Assembly: GCA_035718275.1 (NCBI GenBank)
Contig: DASTHI010000046.1
Location: 54,348 to 118,347 of the forward strand
From: Pseudolabrys sp.
GTDB lineage: Bacteria; Pseudomonadota; Alphaproteobacteria; Rhizobiales; Xanthobacteraceae
Length of the DNA: 64,000 nucleotides
Direction: 5' to 3'
Shown here one piece after another: positions 27,770 through 37,908 of this stretch. The translations under genes were made by a program, and so were the position numbers. The notes below the pieces were generated by a model. The model saw only the letters and a program-made list of their open reading frames with translations. It did not search any database and was not told the DNA's origin. Positions within the stretch are counted from its first letter, which is position 1, and each line of letters opens with the position of its first letter.

Positions 27770-30559
27770 ATGTCCGCTCCCGACCTTCAGGCTGGCTATC
27801 TGCGTGATCAGCGACTCGCCGCGCACGCACTCAGCCCAGCGCCCGTGTGGCTGTGGAGCCCGGACGGCCGACAGGTTCTCTGGGCAAATCCCAGTGGCGT
27901 CGCGGCTTTTCGTGCTGCATCTTTTGCAGAACTTTCCACACGCCGGTTCGACCCAGACCACAGAGCTTCGCTTCAAATTGTCCGCCTTGCAGCGAGCCTC
28001 CCGAGTCAGGGGAGCCCCAGGCTCGAGCGGTTGCGCGGCTTTGCCGGCGGTGTGGGAACCGCTTCGACTTGCCTTTGCTCCCGAATCGGGCTGACCGGCG
28101 GCAGTGAAGGCCTTCTCATCGTATCGGCCGAGCCCACACGATCGCAGCCAGACGTCTCCAAACAGGCCCGGCGATTACTCAACGACCTGCAAGCTCCGTC
28201 CGCGATCTTTACTGCCGAGGGAGATTTGATCGAAACTCAAGCGAGCGCGCGCGAGCAAATCGGCGGGCAAGCAAAACTCGCCGATATCGCGGGCGAAAAG
28301 CTTGCACGCGAAGCAAGGCTCAATGGCTTTGCGGAGGGCGACGTTCGGGCCGGACACGCGAGCGTGATCAGGCTCGGGACAGGCACTGCAGTTGCGCTGC
28401 TGGTCATCTTCGGCGCGCGCGCGCCGGCGCCTGCATCCGATCCTGCAAAAAATCCCATGAAAGCCGCGAGGACGCTCAAGGCAGGAGAGCCCGGCCCGCA
28501 TCCACAACACCTGCCGTTCCGGTTCGTGTGGCAGACAGATGCCGAGACTCGCTTCACGCTTGCAAATACTGAATTTGCAGATTTGGTTGGATCGAATATC
28601 GCCGCGTTGCTTGGCCGCAACTGGACAGATCTTGCCGCCGCCCTGAAATTAGATCCGGAGAATCTGATCGCGGATGCTCTTGCTCGTCGCGAGACCTTCA
28701 GCGGGATCCCCGTATCCTGGCCAGTCGAGCGGGTCGCGGATGAACTGCTGCGCGTCGAGATGTCAGGGTTGCCCATATTCGACCGCGAGCGTCATTTCCA
28801 GGGTTTCCGCGGCTTCGGGATCTGCCGTCAGACCGAACTGATCGCGCGGCTGCGAAATGGTTCGCACGCGGCCGGCAATCAGACAGAAGTTGCGACGCTC
28901 GCGGCGGGCCTTCCAACTCCCAAGCTCGATCCGCGCGAACACAGCGCATTTCGTGAACTTGCCCGCGAACTCAGCGAGCGGTTGAAAAGGCCCACGCCGA
29001 GGGGCAGCCGACCGACGCCCGACGAACCTCCTCCCGCGCGCTTCGTAGCTCCGCCAAAGCCGCCACAGCCCGACAAAACCGCGCGTGACGCGCAGGAGAA
29101 CCGGCCCATTTTCGACCGGTTGCCAATTGGCATTCTGATCTATCGGCTCAACAGTCTCATTTATGCCAATGAGGCATTTCTGGCATGGACGGGTCACGCA
29201 AGCCTCGACGAGTTGGCCGAAGCCGGTGGATTGGACAGCCTCTTCATCGAAGCGAGCGATAAACGATCAGACGGCCCCCCCGGATCGAAGTCACTGACCA
29301 TCGCCCCCGTCGGTGGCAGCCGGCAGCCAGTCGAAGGACGGCTGTTCAGCGTCACATGGAATGAGGAAAGCGCGCTTGCGCTTGTGCTCAGCACGCAAGG
29401 GCTCGAAAGCCCGGGCGGTGCACCAGGTTCGGTTCACCAGTTCGAAAAAGAGAATCTTGAGCTCAAGGCGATCCTGGACACCGCGATGGATGGCGTGCTG
29501 ATTTTGGATCGAACGGGGCGCATACTCTCTGCCAATCGGAGCGCGCAGGCACTTTTCGGCTACGAAGCACACGAGTTCGCTGAACTCACGATAGGCGATC
29601 TACTCGTTGCCGATGGACAATATGGCGTGCTCGAGCACGTGGAGCGGCTTGCACGCGAGGACAGCGCCGGCACTTTGCACGCGGGATTTGAAATGTCCGG
29701 GCGCGTGCAAAATGGCGGGCTTGTTCCGTTGCAGATTACAATCGGGCGGGTCGAGGATGGCGAAAAATTGTGCGCAGTGCTGCGCGACATTACGGCCTGG
29801 AAGCGCAATGAGCGTGAACTGATCGACGCGAAGCGGACGGCCGAGAAATCCGCAATGGAGAAGTCGGAATTTTTGGCGAAAATCAGCCATGAAATCCGAA
29901 TCCCTCTGAACTCGATCATCGGTTTTTCAGAGGTGATGATGGAGGAGCGCTTTGGCCCACTCGGAAACGAGCGCTACCGCGACTATGTCGAGGACATCCA
30001 CGCCTGCGGCGGGCACGTCATTGCGTTGCTTAACGAACTTCTCGATCTGTCCAAGATCGAGGCCGGAAAGCTCGATCTCAGCTTTGCCGGCGTCAATCTC
30101 AACGACTTGTTACAGCAATGCGTGGCGGTCATGCAGCAGCAGGCCAATCGACAGCGCGTCGTTATCCGCTTGGCGGTGCCCGCGAGTCTCCCCCAGGTCA
30201 TCGCGGACGCGCGCTCAATGCGTCAGGTCACGCTCAATCTGATTTCGAATTCGCTGAAGCACACGGGTGCAGGCGGGCAGGTGATCGTTTCCACTGCGCA
30301 GACGGATGAACACGAAGTTGTCCTCAGGGTGCGCGACACCGGGCCGGGGATGACGGAGAAACAATTGCGGGCCGCACTTGAGCCATTTCGCGATATAGCG
30401 ACAACCGCAGGGCGAAGCGTCAGTGATACCGGCTTCGGCCTGCCGATCACCAAGGCGCTCGCTGAGGCGAACCAGGCGCAATTCAGGATCCGCAGCGAAG
30501 TGGATCACGGAACCTTGGTCGAGATCATATTCCCGCCAGCGCGAGTGCTGGCGCAATAG
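27770..30559 (+). CDS. Cytoplasmic multi-PAS sensor histidine kinase, PdhS/PleC-DivJ family
   Basis: No TM segments, several PAS-like segments, FLAKISHEIRIPLNSIIGFSEVM H-box, NLISNSLK, RDTGPGM. Confidence 0.88.
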   Translation: MSAPDLQAGYLRDQRLAAHALSPAPVWLWSPDGRQVLWANPSGVAAFRAASFAELSTRRFDPDHRASLQIVRLAASLPSQGSPRLERLRGFAGGVGTASTCLCSRIGLTGGSEGLLIVSAEPTRSQPDVSKQARRLLNDLQAPSAIFTAEGDLIETQASAREQIGGQAKLADIAGEKLAREARLNGFAEGDVRAGHASVIRLGTGTAVALLVIFGARAPAPASDPAKNPMKAARTLKAGEPGPHPQHLPFRFVWQTDAETRFTLANTEFADLVGSNIAALLGRNWTDLAAALKLDPENLIADALARRETFSGIPVSWPVERVADELLRVEMSGLPIFDRERHFQGFRGFGICRQTELIARLRNGSHAAGNQTEVATLAAGLPTPKLDPREHSAFRELARELSERLKRPTPRGSRPTPDEPPPARFVAPPKPPQPDKTARDAQENRPIFDRLPIGILIYRLNSLIYANEAFLAWTGHASLDELAEAGGLDSLFIEASDKRSDGPPGSKSLTIAPVGGSRQPVEGRLFSVTWNEESALALVLSTQGLESPGGAPGSVHQFEKENLELKAILDTAMDGVLILDRTGRILSANRSAQALFGYEAHEFAELTIGDLLVADGQYGVLEHVERLAREDSAGTLHAGFEMSGRVQNGGLVPLQITIGRVEDGEKLCAVLRDITAWKRNERELIDAKRTAEKSAMEKSEFLAKISHEIRIPLNSIIGFSEVMMEERFGPLGNERYRDYVEDIHACGGHVIALLNELLDLSKIEAGKLDLSFAGVNLNDLLQQCVAVMQQQANRQRVVIRLAVPASLPQVIADARSMRQVTLNLISNSLKHTGAGGQVIVSTAQTDEHEVVLRVRDTGPGMTEKQLRAALEPFRDIATTAGRSVSDTGFGLPITKALAEANQAQFRIRSEVDHGTLVEIIFPPARVLAQ

Positions 30560-30583
30560 GGGCGAAATCGCTAGGCTGTCGAT

Positions 30584-31333
30584 ATGAGCCGCGCGTTCCG
30601 TTGCCTCATTCTGGCGCTTGTCCTCGCGATCGTATCGCCCGCCGGGCATGTCCGCGCCGCCGAGTCTGTCGATCTGCTCCTGGTGCTAGCGTCCGACGTG
30701 TCGAGGAGCGTCGACAATCAGAAATTTCAGCTCCAGCGGGAAGGCTACGCCGCCGCACTCGGAAATCCCGAAGTGCTTGAGGCCATTCGATCAGGACGGC
30801 ATGGTCGAATCGGGGTGCTTTTCCTGGAGTGGTCGGGATTCGGCAACCAGAAGGTCGTCATCGACTGGATGATGATCGATGGAGCGAATAGCGCTCAGAC
30901 CTTTGGCGACCGACTGTTGGAGTCCCCTCGATCCTTTGCTGATCGCACGTCCATCAGTGGCGGAATTGACGCGGCCATAGCGCAGTTTTCACGCGCACCA
31001 TTCACCGCGGCCCGGCGAACGATCGATGTTTCTGGGGATGGGACAAACAATGCCGGGCGCGACGTTGCTTTGGCGCGCGACGAAGCCCTCGCGGCCGGGA
31101 TCACGATCAATGGTTTAGTGATTCTGAGCGATAGGCCATTGCCGTGGAATCCCGAGCACACAAACCCCGCGGGCGGGCTTACCAAATATTATCGGGACAA
31201 CGTGATCGGTGGACCCGGCAGTTTCGTGATTGAGGCAAGCGATTTCGAATCTTTCGGCCAGGCCATAATCAAGAAGATGATCGCTGAAATCGCCGGGGCG
31301 ACCCCACGGCAGCACACGACCTTGTTGCGTTAA
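30584..31333 (+). CDS. DUF1194 family exported VWA-like protein
   Basis: Signal peptide, VDLLLVLASDVSRSVD (MIDAS-like DxSxS), IDVSGDGTNN, ITINGL. Confidence 0.85.
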   Translation: MSRAFRCLILALVLAIVSPAGHVRAAESVDLLLVLASDVSRSVDNQKFQLQREGYAAALGNPEVLEAIRSGRHGRIGVLFLEWSGFGNQKVVIDWMMIDGANSAQTFGDRLLESPRSFADRTSISGGIDAAIAQFSRAPFTAARRTIDVSGDGTNNAGRDVALARDEALAAGITINGLVILSDRPLPWNPEHTNPAGGLTKYYRDNVIGGPGSFVIEASDFESFGQAIIKKMIAEIAGATPRQHTTLLR

Positions 31334-31444
31334 GCTTGATTCCCCAGCCATGAAAGCGTCACAGACCCCGTCCATGGTTGGCCTGATCTGGGCCGATGCT
31401 ATAACCCGTTCGCATCCGACGCCGAAACAACCGGAAACTCGCAT

Positions 31445-33388
31445 TTGACAGCCGCCGCCGGCTTGAAACGCCTGGGTATAATACTGCTCGCCGCGGCTGC
31501 AGGCGGCCTTCTTGTGCTGACCATTGCCGGATATCTGATTTCGGCCGATTCCGTGCGCCAGCAAGTCCTCGGTGAGATCCGCAGCGTGACCGGCCTCGAA
31601 CCGGCTTTGCGCGGAAAAGCCAAAGTCTCCTTGTTTCCGAGCGGAAGCGTCACCTTCGATGACGTCGTTCTTGGGGACCTTGCTCAACCAGCCTTGTCGG
31701 CCGAGAGGCTGACTGCCCGGCTGCGCTTCTTCCCGCTCCTTCTCGGCCGCGTGGAAATTGCCGACGTCTCGCTCGATCGGCCGCGTATCGCCATCGATCT
31801 GCAGCGCAATGGCCAATCGAATTGGTCAGCCCTCATCGATGGATTTATACGCAACCAAACGGGCTCCCAACGTCTCGCGGCATTCTCCGAAATGCGCATC
31901 GACGACGGGACGATCGTGATCACGGATCGGTCGCGGAATATTTCCGAAACGTTGACAGGCGTCGAATTCTCGCTGGCCTGGCCCTCGATCTCCAAGACAT
32001 TCGGAGCGACGGGGCGCTTCATCTGGCGCGATGCACCAATAGATGCGAGCCTCACGCTCGCCGATCTGCCCTCTGCGCTCGCGGGTACCCGCACGGGCCT
32101 GAGACTGCGGATCGCCGGCGCGCCGATGAAGGCGGCCTTCGAAGGTGCAATCAGTTTCAAGCCCACGCTCAAAATTGAAGGAACGCTTGCCGCCGACTCT
32201 CCTTCACTGCGCAATGCATGGGTCTGGGCGGGGCAAAAGCCGTTGCCGGGCGGCGGCTTTCAGCGATTCGCCATCAAATCGCGAGCCAATGTAGTCGGCG
32301 GCACGATCAGCTTGTCGAGTGTGAATGTGGAGCTCGACGGCAATACTGCAGAAGGGGTGCTCACTTTTGCCACTGACGGGCGTCAGACCTTGCAGGGCAC
32401 ATTGGCCGCTGACACGCTCGACCTTACCCCCTATGTCTCGACCGTACGCCTGCTTACGGCCAACGACCGCTCGTGGAGCGACGGGCGCATCACGCTTGAG
32501 GGTCTTGCCGGGATTGAACTTGATCTGCGCCTCTCGGCAGCGAATGTCGTCATTTCGAATGCCAAGATCGGCCGCACGGCGGTCGCCGCAAACCTGCGGG
32601 GCGGACACCTGATGGTCACGGTCGGCGAAGCTCAGGCATATGGCGGCGTGATCAAAGGCTCTCTTGGCCTGTCCGAGCTTGACCATGGCGTCGACGTCAA
32701 ATCGGAGCTGCAATTCACGGATGTCGACCTAGAGACGTGTCTCGGTCAGCTGTTCGGAATCCGCAGGCTCGAAGGAAAAGGCAACATCGGCGTAGCCGTC
32801 GAGGGCAGCGGAGACAGCGTGCTTGGTGTGACCCGCACGTTGAACGGATCCGCGACGCTTGTCGGATCGAACGGAGCTCTGGCCGGACTCAATGTCGAGC
32901 AGCTGCTCCGACGTCTTGAAAGGCGCCCTCTCTCGGGTGGGGGAGAATTCCGCACCGGCCGGACTCCCTATGAAAAGATCAAGGTCGGACTCAAGATCAA
33001 CGAGGGTACGGTCAGTGTCGATGAGGTGACGATCGATGGCACGACCGTGAAACTGGCGCTTGCCGGCTCCGCATCCATTCCGGAGCGCGAACTCGATCTC
33101 AAGGGTACCGCCGCACTGGTCGCCCCGGCGCGTCCTGGTCTGCCGCCGTTCGAACTCCCCTTCATCGTGCAGGGCTCCTGGGATGACCCGATCATGCTCC
33201 CGGATCCGGAAGCACTGATCCGCCGCTCCGGAGCCGCCGCTCCCTTGCTCAATGCGATTCGGGAGCGCCGCGCACGCGATTCAGTTCGCTCAACGATCGA
33301 GCGATTGACCGGCGGGACGCCCGCGCCGGGCGCTCTTCCTGCCGCCGGGCAACCCGGCGTGTCCGAGCCCACAAAGACACCGGATTAG
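31445..33388 (+). CDS. asmA: AsmA family protein
   Basis: N-terminal TM anchor, SLFPSGSV, extended beta-taco repeats, C-terminal LPFIVQGSWDDP. TTG start. Confidence 0.88.
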   Translation: MTAAAGLKRLGIILLAAAAGGLLVLTIAGYLISADSVRQQVLGEIRSVTGLEPALRGKAKVSLFPSGSVTFDDVVLGDLAQPALSAERLTARLRFFPLLLGRVEIADVSLDRPRIAIDLQRNGQSNWSALIDGFIRNQTGSQRLAAFSEMRIDDGTIVITDRSRNISETLTGVEFSLAWPSISKTFGATGRFIWRDAPIDASLTLADLPSALAGTRTGLRLRIAGAPMKAAFEGAISFKPTLKIEGTLAADSPSLRNAWVWAGQKPLPGGGFQRFAIKSRANVVGGTISLSSVNVELDGNTAEGVLTFATDGRQTLQGTLAADTLDLTPYVSTVRLLTANDRSWSDGRITLEGLAGIELDLRLSAANVVISNAKIGRTAVAANLRGGHLMVTVGEAQAYGGVIKGSLGLSELDHGVDVKSELQFTDVDLETCLGQLFGIRRLEGKGNIGVAVEGSGDSVLGVTRTLNGSATLVGSNGALAGLNVEQLLRRLERRPLSGGGEFRTGRTPYEKIKVGLKINEGTVSVDEVTIDGTTVKLALAGSASIPERELDLKGTAALVAPARPGLPPFELPFIVQGSWDDPIMLPDPEALIRRSGAAAPLLNAIRERRARDSVRSTIERLTGGTPAPGALPAAGQPGVSEPTKTPD

Positions 33389-33431
33389 ACGCAGAACCGG
33401 AGCGGCAGAGGATCACACAGGGTGATCCGTT

Positions 33432-34247
33432 TCAGACCGGAAGGCCCAATTCCGCAGCTTCACGTCGTCGGGCGCCGCTCTTTGTTATCAATGAGGAGAC
33501 GATCGTGGCAATCGCCACGACAGCAATCATGATGGTGCATATCGCATTGATTTCAGGTTTCACGCCAAGTCGCACCTCCGAATAGATTCGGATGGGAAGC
33601 GTGGTCGCACCCGGACCGGTCGTGAAGCTTGCAATCACCAGATCATCGAGAGACAAAGAAAAGGCGAGCATCCAGCCGGCGGCAATTGCCGGTGCAATGA
33701 GCGGAAGCGTGATCGTCACGAAAGTCTTGAATGGCGGAGCTCCCAGGTCCATGGCGGCTTCTTCAAGGCTCCGATCGAATCCAATGAGGCGCGACTGAAC
33801 GATTATCGTGACAAAACACATGGTCAACGTCGTATGCGCGATGACCACCGTCCAGAACCCGCGATCGATATTGATTGCTACAAAAAGGAGCAGCAGCGAC
33901 AGCCCGGTAATGACTTCGGGCATAACCAGCGGAGCATAGATCATCCCCGAGAACAGAGCGCGACCACGAAAGCGGCCGTAACGAGTCAGCGCAATCGCGG
34001 CAAGGGTGCCGAGCACGGTTGCGGCCGTGGCTGAAATGAGGGCTACGCGCAGGCTGATCCACGCCGCCTGCAGTACGGCGCCGTCGCGCAGAAGCTGCCG
34101 ATACCATTCGAGTGACCAGCCGCCCCATACCGTAACCAACCGCGAGGCATTGAACGAATAGATAACGAGAATCGCTATCGGCAGATAAAGAAAAGCCAGG
34201 CCAAGCGCGACTGACACAATGTTGAACAGGGAAGCGCCTCTCTTCAC
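33432..34247 (-). CDS. potI: Polyamine ABC transporter permease (PotI/PotC)
   Basis: FLYLPI..LVIYSFN, PLVMPEVITG, EEAAMDLGA, SLDD. Confidence 0.88.
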   Translation of the reverse strand: MKRGASLFNIVSVALGLAFLYLPIAILVIYSFNASRLVTVWGGWSLEWYRQLLRDGAVLQAAWISLRVALISATAATVLGTLAAIALTRYGRFRGRALFSGMIYAPLVMPEVITGLSLLLLFVAINIDRGFWTVVIAHTTLTMCFVTIIVQSRLIGFDRSLEEAAMDLGAPPFKTFVTITLPLIAPAIAAGWMLAFSLSLDDLVIASFTTGPGATTLPIRIYSEVRLGVKPEINAICTIMIAVVAIATIVSSLITKSGARRREAAELGLPV

Positions 34248-35170
34248 TGCCGCCCTCCTTCAAGACTGCGCTGCTGGAGGCGCTCATAGAACAGGATGGG
34301 CACCAGGAGGATGGCGAGAAGAGCGACCGCAATTGCAGACGCAACCGGCCAATCACGATTTGAAAAAAATTCCGTCCACAAGGTCTGACCGATCATCTGC
34401 GTCTCGGAGCCGCCAAGCAGATCGGGTATGACGAATTCGCCGACGATCGGAATGAACGAGAGCAACGCCCCGGCAGCGGCGCCCGGAAGCGACATTGGAA
34501 CCGTGACCAGCCAGAAAGACTTCCATCGAGGGCATCCGAGATCGGCGGCCGCTTCAAGCAGCGATTCATCCATTTTTTCCAGGCTTGCGTAGAGCGGAAG
34601 CACCATGAACGGCAAATACGAATAGATCACGCCGATATAGATGGCCGTGTCGGTAGACAGCCATCCGACCGGAGAATCGATGATGTGCAGCCGCGTCAGC
34701 AAGCCATTAAGAAGACCATCGCGCTGCAGGATATTTATCCACGCGTAGACCCGGATGAGAAATGAAGTCCAGAACGGCAGTACAACTGCTATCACCAGCA
34801 GAGGACGCCACTCTTGGGGAGTACGCGCGATGCCATAGGCAATCGGATAGCCGATGAGCAACAGAACAAGAGTTGAAATGGCGGCAATCTCGAGACTCCT
34901 GAGATATGAAAACAGGTAGAGCAAATCCGATGAAAGCAGCCGGTATGAATCGAGCGTTAGTTGCGAGAAAAAACTTCTGATCCCTTCCCATCCGGCGGCA
35001 AAGTCGATCACGGGCAGGTAGGGCGGCTGCGCCAGCGCGGTCTGGGAGAAACTGATCTTCAGCACGAGAACAAACGGAGCCAGGAAAAAAACGGCAAGCC
35101 AAAGATATGGAGCGAGTAGGACGATCCGCCTGCCCCAGCCCTGCTCTGCCTTCCCATTGCGATTTTTCAT
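34244..35170 (-). CDS. potH: Polyamine ABC transporter permease (PotH/PotB)
   Basis: PFWTSFLIRVYAW, YLPFMVLPLY, LEAAADLG, GEFVIPDLLGG. Confidence 0.88.
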   Translation of the reverse strand: MKNRNGKAEQGWGRRIVLLAPYLWLAVFFLAPFVLVLKISFSQTALAQPPYLPVIDFAAGWEGIRSFFSQLTLDSYRLLSSDLLYLFSYLRSLEIAAISTLVLLLIGYPIAYGIARTPQEWRPLLVIAVVLPFWTSFLIRVYAWINILQRDGLLNGLLTRLHIIDSPVGWLSTDTAIYIGVIYSYLPFMVLPLYASLEKMDESLLEAAADLGCPRWKSFWLVTVPMSLPGAAAGALLSFIPIVGEFVIPDLLGGSETQMIGQTLWTEFFSNRDWPVASAIAVALLAILLVPILFYERLQQRSLEGGRQ

Positions 35171-36276
35171 TTCGTCAACACCACGCCAGCTTGCGGCGGC
35201 CAGGATAGCCACACCGTATTGCGTGGCTCGAACCTTGCTCTTGCGCGTGCGTCCACATTGGCGACGGCAACCTTCATTAGCGATCGGTCGGAGAGTCGCA
35301 CCTTGTAGATCGAGACATCGCCTCGATAGCCGACTTCAAAGACCGTCCCCACGACCGCGTTGACATCTCCGCCTGGGCGATGCTCACTCATGGTGATTTT
35401 TTCTGGTCGCAAGGCGATCCACGCGGTCTGACCGGGCGCAATGTCGGTGTCAGAGACCCCGATTCGTCCCAGCGCTGTTGCCATCGCATCACGCGCTACC
35501 GCGCGCCCCTCGATGATCGTGACGTCGCCGATAAACTCGGCGACCCAGCGTGAGTTTGGCGATTCGTATATTTCCGCAGGGGGGCCGACCTGCACAATGC
35601 GGCCGCGATCCATAACGGCGATCCGATCGGCAACGATCATCGCTTCTTCCTGATCATGGGTCACGATGATGAAGGTCATGCCCAGCTTGCGTTGCACTTC
35701 CATCAATTCGAATTGCGTTTCAGCGCGCAGCTTCTTGTCCAGGGCGGCAAGGGGCTCGTCGAGCAGAAGCACGCGTGGCTGCTTGATCAGGGAGCGGGCC
35801 AATGCCACCCGCTGACGCTGACCGCCGGAAAGCTGCTGTATCCGCCGCTTTTCAAAACCTTGGAGACGCGTGAGCGTCAACATATCTCCCACCCGCTGCG
35901 AGATCTCCGCGCGACTCGCCCTATCCTGGCGAAGGCCGAACGCAATATTGCCCTCGACCGTGAGATGGGGAAAAAGCGCATAATTCTGGAACATCATGTT
36001 GATGGGCCGACGATGCGGCGGCACATCAACGATATCGTCGCCATCGAGGAGGATGCGTCCTTCGGTGGGCGTTTCGAAGCCTGCAAGCATGCGCAGGAGC
36101 GTCGTCTTGCCGCATCCGGAAGGCCCAAGCAGCGCGAAGAACTCACCCTGTGCAATGTCGAGCGTAAGCGATTCAACCGCGGTAAACGAGCCAAAGCGCT
36201 TCGTGACCGTGTCGAAACGGACAAGCATAGGCGTGTTGTCGGTGGCGACAGACTCTCGTTTTTCCTCACTCATCAT
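35167..36276 (-). CDS. potG: Polyamine ABC transporter ATP-binding protein (PotG/PotA)
   Basis: GPSGCGKTT, FQNYALFPHL, LSGGQRQR, LLDEPL, VTHDQEEA, TOBE domain. Confidence 0.9.
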   Translation of the reverse strand: MMSEEKRESVATDNTPMLVRFDTVTKRFGSFTAVESLTLDIAQGEFFALLGPSGCGKTTLLRMLAGFETPTEGRILLDGDDIVDVPPHRRPINMMFQNYALFPHLTVEGNIAFGLRQDRASRAEISQRVGDMLTLTRLQGFEKRRIQQLSGGQRQRVALARSLIKQPRVLLLDEPLAALDKKLRAETQFELMEVQRKLGMTFIIVTHDQEEAMIVADRIAVMDRGRIVQVGPPAEIYESPNSRWVAEFIGDVTIIEGRAVARDAMATALGRIGVSDTDIAPGQTAWIALRPEKITMSEHRPGGDVNAVVGTVFEVGYRGDVSIYKVRLSDRSLMKVAVANVDARARARFEPRNTVWLSWPPQAGVVLTK

Positions 36277-36333
36277 CTTTCAACTTGCAAACCTGTAACT
36301 GGACGCAAAGCACACGGCCGTTCGTTCCATGTG

Positions 36334-37836
36334 CTAACTCGGACGGGCAGTCAAAGTGCGCCGTACTGCGTCTTTCCATGCCAGATACTTTTGAGTGCGG
36401 CGCTTGTCACCCATGCGGGGCTCAAAACGACGATCGACTTGCCATCGCAGGAAAAACTCGCTTGGATCGGGACAAACTCCCGCGGCATAGCCGGCGAGAT
36501 ACGCCGCACCAAGCGCCGTCGTTTCCGGAACGGCCGGCCGATCCACTGCGCATGCGAGCATATCGGCCAGAAATTGCATGGTGAAATCGCTGGCGCTCAT
36601 TCCGCCATCCACCCGCATCACCGTTCCGGATTCATGAGCCGCCGGCCAGTCGGCATGCATCGCCTCGAGCAACTCTCGGGTCTGATACCCGACAGCCTCG
36701 AGCGCGGCGCGAGCAATTTCAGGCGCCCCTGAGCTGCGGGTCAGTCCGAGAATGGCTGCGAGGGCTTCGGCATCCCAATACGGCGCGCCGAGACCGACGA
36801 AGGCGGGGACGAGATATACCTGGGCGGCTGGATCGGCCCTCATCGCCAGTTCGTCGGCATCCGAATACGCAGAGATGATCTTCAGCCCATCCCGCAACCA
36901 TTGCACCGAAGCTCCCGCAACGAAGATAGCGCCTTCGAGAGCAAAGGTGCGCTTGCCATCGAGCTGATAGGCGATGGTTGTGAGAAGGCGATTCCGCGAG
37001 GTGACGCGCTCTGAGCCGGTGTTGAGGAGGGCGAAACAGCCGGTGCCGATCGTCGACTTCACCATTCCAGGCCGAAAACAGCATTGCCCCACGGTGGCCG
37101 CCTGCTGGTCTCCGGCGACACCCAGAATCGGAATCGACCCGCCAAACAGGCCGGGCGCGGTGTGCCCGAAGTCCCCGGCACAGTCGCGGACCTCGGGCAG
37201 CAATTCCCAAGGGACTCCAAACATTCTGCACAGCTCGGGATCCCAATCGCCCGTCCCGATGTCGAAAAGCAACGTGCGGCAAGCATTCGTCGCATCGGTT
37301 ACGTGCATCTTCCCTTCGGTGAGCCGCCACAACAGAAAGGAATCAACTGTGCCGAATGCAAGTTTTCCGGCTGCCGCTGCGGCGCGGGCGCCGTCCACCC
37401 GGTCAAGCAACCAGGCAATTTTTGTGGCGGAAAAGTACGGATCGAGCAACAGGCCGGTTTTGCGGATGATGTCAGGCTCATAACCTGCCCGCCGAAGTGA
37501 CTCGCACAGCTGACTCGTACGACGATCCTGCCAGACGATCGCATTGTGTATCGGCCGGCCGGATTGACGGTCCCAGAGCACCGTGGTTTCGCGCTGATTC
37601 GTAATCCCGATGCCGGCAACATCTTGTGCGGCCAAACCCAGCTCGGTCATGACCGAACCGACGGTCGCGACAACCGCTGTCCAGATATCCTCGGGATCGT
37701 GTTCGACCTGCCCGGGTCCCGGATAGATCTGGCGCAGTTCGCGTCGGCTCGTTGCAAGCGGCCGCAGCTCCGTATCGAATGCTATTGCACGTGTCGATGT
37801 CGTGCCCTGATCGATGGCAATGAGAGCGGATGGCAA
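36334..37836 (-). CDS. glpK: Glycerol kinase
   Basis: [34 protein letters not shown]. Confidence 0.96.
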   Translation of the reverse strand: MPSALIAIDQGTTSTRAIAFDTELRPLATSRRELRQIYPGPGQVEHDPEDIWTAVVATVGSVMTELGLAAQDVAGIGITNQRETTVLWDRQSGRPIHNAIVWQDRRTSQLCESLRRAGYEPDIIRKTGLLLDPYFSATKIAWLLDRVDGARAAAAAGKLAFGTVDSFLLWRLTEGKMHVTDATNACRTLLFDIGTGDWDPELCRMFGVPWELLPEVRDCAGDFGHTAPGLFGGSIPILGVAGDQQAATVGQCCFRPGMVKSTIGTGCFALLNTGSERVTSRNRLLTTIAYQLDGKRTFALEGAIFVAGASVQWLRDGLKIISAYSDADELAMRADPAAQVYLVPAFVGLGAPYWDAEALAAILGLTRSSGAPEIARAALEAVGYQTRELLEAMHADWPAAHESGTVMRVDGGMSASDFTMQFLADMLACAVDRPAVPETTALGAAYLAGYAAGVCPDPSEFFLRWQVDRRFEPRMGDKRRTQKYLAWKDAVRRTLTARPS

Positions 37837-37908
37837 TTGAGTGATCCAATATGCGGAGGCCGAGGGGAGGGTCGCACCATAAGCGTGGTGAAGGTTTATC
37901 GGAAGACT

